From: an uncultured Clostridia bacterium | GTDB lineage: Bacteria > Bacillota > Clostridia > TANB77 > CAG-508 | Length of the DNA stretch: 55,261 nucleotides | Assembly: GCA_944388695.1 (NCBI GenBank) | Contig: CALXJT010000004.1 | Location: forward strand, 1 to 55,261 | Direction: 5' to 3' | Shown: in pieces, positions 52,127 through 55,261 of the stretch | Layout: each line of letters starts with the position of its first letter | Numbering within the stretch: position 1 is the stretch's first letter | Translations under genes and position numbers: made by a program | The notes under the pieces: generated by a model | The model's database searches: none | Told to the model about the DNA's origin: nothing | What the model saw: only the letters and a program-made list of their open reading frames with translations

Positions 52127-52297
52127 GTAGAATAGATTAATAGTAAAAGTTTTTGGAGTGAAATTGAATTAGTGTAAGGTATTTGGTGTAGAAAAATTAA
52201 TGTAAGTAGATTGATATAGATAATTTTATATAGATGATTGATGGCAAGTATTTTAATACAAATATTTGAAAGTTTGAATATTTGAATCTAAAAGTTG

Positions 52298-52337
52298 GGG
52301 TGGGAAATTTTTAAAGTTTTCCACCTCGATTTTTTGA
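52298..52337 (+). terminator. Terminator-like hairpin
   Basis: ggtgggaaa...ttttccacc followed by a T run. Confidence 0.55.
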
Positions 52338-52356
52338 TTGGTATAGGAAAAATTAT

Positions 52357-52847
52357 GTGCTTATAAGAATTTGTCATATTATATTATTAAGTATATTTGT
52401 ATTAAGAAATTTTAAAGAAAGAAAAAGTGAAAAAACGTATTTAAATTTCACTCGGCTGAACATATGATAATTAACGCATATAAAAAACTAGAAAGAATTC
52501 CATCTCTTGAAGAGATACGTGAATTTTCTCGATTTTCTAACTCTTGTGGTACAAATGTAATAACTCAAATTGTTTTGAGTTTTATATTGATGTTTTTTTG
52601 TACATTTATTCCTAATATACGGCTCATGAATGTAGCAATATTATCTGTTAATTTTGTAATTCTTATATTATTGCAATGTGGATTTTTAAATTTTTTACAG
52701 AGATATACTACTATTGTACCAACAGACAGAGAGTTATTGGTTGCCATTTCAGGTATGAATGTGTGGCTTGAAAATGAAAAAAAGGAGAAGGAAAAGTTTA
52801 GATTTAAAAAGTTCCTTCATCGGCTTTTTCCGAAAGTTTTTATTTAA
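52357..52847 (+). pseudogene. Short DUF1385-like membrane protein, frameshifted at an A6 tract
   Basis: FKFHSAEH lies upstream of the ORF-track ATG, with SR...CGTN and TT..P...EL.VAI downstream; in-frame TGA 52428-52430; one extra A at 52430-52435 joins an upstream TM frame starting at GTG 52357. Confidence 0.6.
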
Positions 52848-52848
52848 A

Positions 52849-52890
52849 ACTTTTTCCCCCGATAATTGTAAAATTATTGGGGGAAGTTTC
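52849..52890 (+). terminator. Hairpin after the DUF1385-like gene
   Basis: ttccccc-gataattgtaaaattatt-gggggaa. Confidence 0.55.
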
Positions 52891-53154
52891 TATGTAGAGG
52901 ACATGGGTCTTTTACATATTTTTTTATTCTTAAAGATATGTAAAATGTTTTAAGTAAAAATTAATTTAAAATAAGTTTTATATGAAAATAAAAATACTTT
53001 GAAAATTTGAATTTGGATAATAAAAAATAGTAAAACTAGATTACAACTTATTTACATAAAATCAGATAAAAGCAAAAAAATTTTTGATAAAATAATTTCA
53101 ATACAAGAAGTGTACGATAGAGAATTAAGGAAAAACAAATGAGGGGGAATTATT

Positions 53155-53439
53155 TTGAAGAAACAAAAAAAGTCAAAAGGAATAACATTAATAGTATTAG
53201 TAATCACAATAGTAATATTACTTATACTAGCAGGAATAACGATTGCTACAATTACATCAGATAATGGAATACTAAAAAATTCAGTAGATGCAAAAGTAAG
53301 TGCAGAAATCTCTACTGAAAAAGAAATGGTACAAAGAGCAGTAGCACAATCAATGGGACAAAATTCTAGAGGATTATTAGAAGAAGATGAATTTCGAAAA
53401 AAATGGATATTGAGGCAGGTAATGAAAAAACAGAAGTAA
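53155..53439 (+). CDS. Type IV prepilin-like N-terminal part
   Basis: Basic leader, then KG/ITLIVLVITIVILLILAGITI (no Glu5); SD gagggg. Confidence 0.85.
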   Translation: MKKQKKSKGITLIVLVITIVILLILAGITIATITSDNGILKNSVDAKVSAEISTEKEMVQRAVAQSMGQNSRGLLEEDEFRKKWILRQVMKKQK

Positions 53440-54992
53440 CAGATATAGGTGATGAATTTGAAGTATGGTTTAAAGAAACCAATAGAGTATATACAGTAAG
53501 TGATAATGGTGATTTAGAAGAAGTAAAAGATGTTGCTTTTGATAAAAATCCAGGAGATATAACAAAAGATAAAAATGGAAATAACCTTGATGGAACAGAA
53601 GAAAAGCCATATGAAATCTGGTGTATAGAAGATTTAGTAGCATTATCTAATATGGTAAATGGAAATGGAAAAATATATGTTAATGGTAAATTAGTAAATG
53701 CCACAAGAAATTCTTTTAAAGATAAATATGTAAAATTAAAAACTACATTAAATTTTAAATCAAAATTATCATATCAAGATTCAGAAAGGACAGATTTTGG
53801 AGATATAAATGGAAATGATACTGATGGAAATAAATTAATTGAGGAATTATCATCTGGAACAGGATTTATACCTATTGGTTTTGGTAAGAGTTTTGATGGT
53901 ATATTTGATGGGGAAAATAATCAAATAAAAGAGATATTTATTAATTATGAAAATGATACAAATTTGACTGATAACCTGGGTAGAGCAGTAGGTTTATTTG
54001 GAGTTGGAAATATAACAAGTACAGTTATAAAAAATTTAACAGTTTCTGGGCAAATAAAAGGTAGAGGACATGCAGGAGGAATAATAGGAATTAATGCCCA
54101 ATGTATAGAAAATTGTATAAATAATGCAGATGTATTAGGATTTAATATAGTTGGTGGAATAGCTGGAGGATATGTTAAGAAAATAGTAAATTGTATTAAT
54201 AATGGTCAAGTCGAAATATCAGGTTCAACTTATCAATATGCTGGTATAGGTGGAATAATCGGATTTATGAATTCAGAATTTGAAATGAATAATTCTAGTA
54301 ATACAGGAAATGTGATAGAAAAGGCTGGAAATGCGAATGTGGGTGGATTAATAGGTACAACTGGATATAACGTAAACATTGATAACTGTTGTAATTCTGG
54401 AAGGCTTATAGACGAAACAAATGGAGTCTCTATAGGAGGGTTAATAGGCTTATATAGAGAAGGAATTTTGAAGATTTATAATTCTACGAATATGGGTCAA
54501 GTAGAAGGAAAGGATTCAGGAGGTATAATAGGAGCTTGTAATTTGCCGGCATATACAGCGACAGGAAATTGTTATATAGAAAATTCTTATAATATAGCGG
54601 AGATAAAGGGAAGTGCAACTTCAGGAGGAATAATTGGCAAAATAGGAGGACATGCATATAAAGAAATGAATATTTACATTACAAATTCTTATAATAGTGG
54701 AAATGTTTCTGGAGGTACTAATGGTGGAATAGTTGGAGGAGTTTATAATAATGGTCATGGAGAAAAGGCTCAAAGTTTATATATAAATAGTGTATATTAT
54801 TTGAGTACTTCATCTACAAAATCTATAGGTAGAGGAAATCCAGATAAAGGAAATATTAGTGAAATATTAAATGTTAATGCAACAGAATTTGAGGAAAAAT
54901 TGAATTCATATAGAGATGATACAAATCAGTATCCTTCAAATTGGTTAAGGTGGAAAATTGGTGAAAAAGGATATCCTGAATATATAAATTGA
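53403..54992 (+). CDS. GLUG/GGxxG-repeat adhesin-like domain, probable -1 frame continuation of the prepilin
   Basis: PYEI...EDL, FDGIFDG, repeated GGIIG/GGIAG...N.G motifs, C-terminal GYP; no signal peptide or good SD of its own. Confidence 0.75.
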   Translation: MDIEAGNEKTEVTDIGDEFEVWFKETNRVYTVSDNGDLEEVKDVAFDKNPGDITKDKNGNNLDGTEEKPYEIWCIEDLVALSNMVNGNGKIYVNGKLVNATRNSFKDKYVKLKTTLNFKSKLSYQDSERTDFGDINGNDTDGNKLIEELSSGTGFIPIGFGKSFDGIFDGENNQIKEIFINYENDTNLTDNLGRAVGLFGVGNITSTVIKNLTVSGQIKGRGHAGGIIGINAQCIENCINNADVLGFNIVGGIAGGYVKKIVNCINNGQVEISGSTYQYAGIGGIIGFMNSEFEMNNSSNTGNVIEKAGNANVGGLIGTTGYNVNIDNCCNSGRLIDETNGVSIGGLIGLYREGILKIYNSTNMGQVEGKDSGGIIGACNLPAYTATGNCYIENSYNIAEIKGSATSGGIIGKIGGHAYKEMNIYITNSYNSGNVSGGTNGGIVGGVYNNGHGEKAQSLYINSVYYLSTSSTKSIGRGNPDKGNISEILNVNATEFEEKLNSYRDDTNQYPSNWLRWKIGEKGYPEYIN

Positions 54993-55220
54993 TTTATAAA
55001 TATATTTATAGCTTTTATAATTAAATATTGAATTTAATATATTTGGAGTTTTAATATTTATATAAATTTTTATTGATATATAATAATAAATTAGAATTTT
55101 GTAGAAATAGTTATTTTACAGTAACTTAATTGAAAGTGTAACTTATACTTGAGAATCTAGAAAATCCATTTATGGGATTAATAGCTATTTTATAAACTTT
55201 ACTAAATGTTTACAAATTAC

Positions 55221-55249
55221 TTGTATTTGCTAAATAAAAATGATAGAAT
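55221..55249 (+). promoter_or_regulatory. Putative sigma-A promoter for a gene beyond the window
   Basis: TTGTAT-17 nt-TAGAAT with TG extension. Confidence 0.4.
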
Positions 55250-55261
55250 ATGAAAAAAGAT

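Overview
Very AT-rich, mostly + strand core-genome segment of an endospore-forming Clostridia bacterium. The E5-less GITLI-type prepilin and extreme AT bias suggest an uncultured gut lineage such as TANB77/CAG-269 (inference). It carries recD2-comF, a KAP-family NTPase, spoVT, rnj, gltX, engB, serS, hrcA-grpE-dnaK-dnaJ with two CIRCE-like operators, envelope genes, ruvB, queH, a class III Fic, polA, dpaA, uppP, dxs, tsaE and a tsaB-rimI fusion, mreB/mbl, mtaB, radA-disA and a split type IV pilin-like/GLUG adhesin. I found no rRNA, tRNA, CRISPR array or transposase. The main unexplained structure is non-coding: two families of GC-rich REP/REPIN-like palindromes with a GGGAC core. Family 1 has four long hairpins just 3' of genes, whose outer arms co-vary within each copy, plus a decayed five-unit tandem array of its arm ahead of the KAP NTPase. 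Family 2 forms perfect 22-bp inverted repeats around a foreign-looking lipoprotein gene between tsaE and mreB. Also notable: a candidate +1 frameshift (GGG-CGG-A) in dpaA, an A7 slippery split in the pilin-adhesin, an orphan promoter-hairpin-terminator sRNA candidate, phased WalR-like boxes, and two disrupted small genes absent or truncated in the ORF track.
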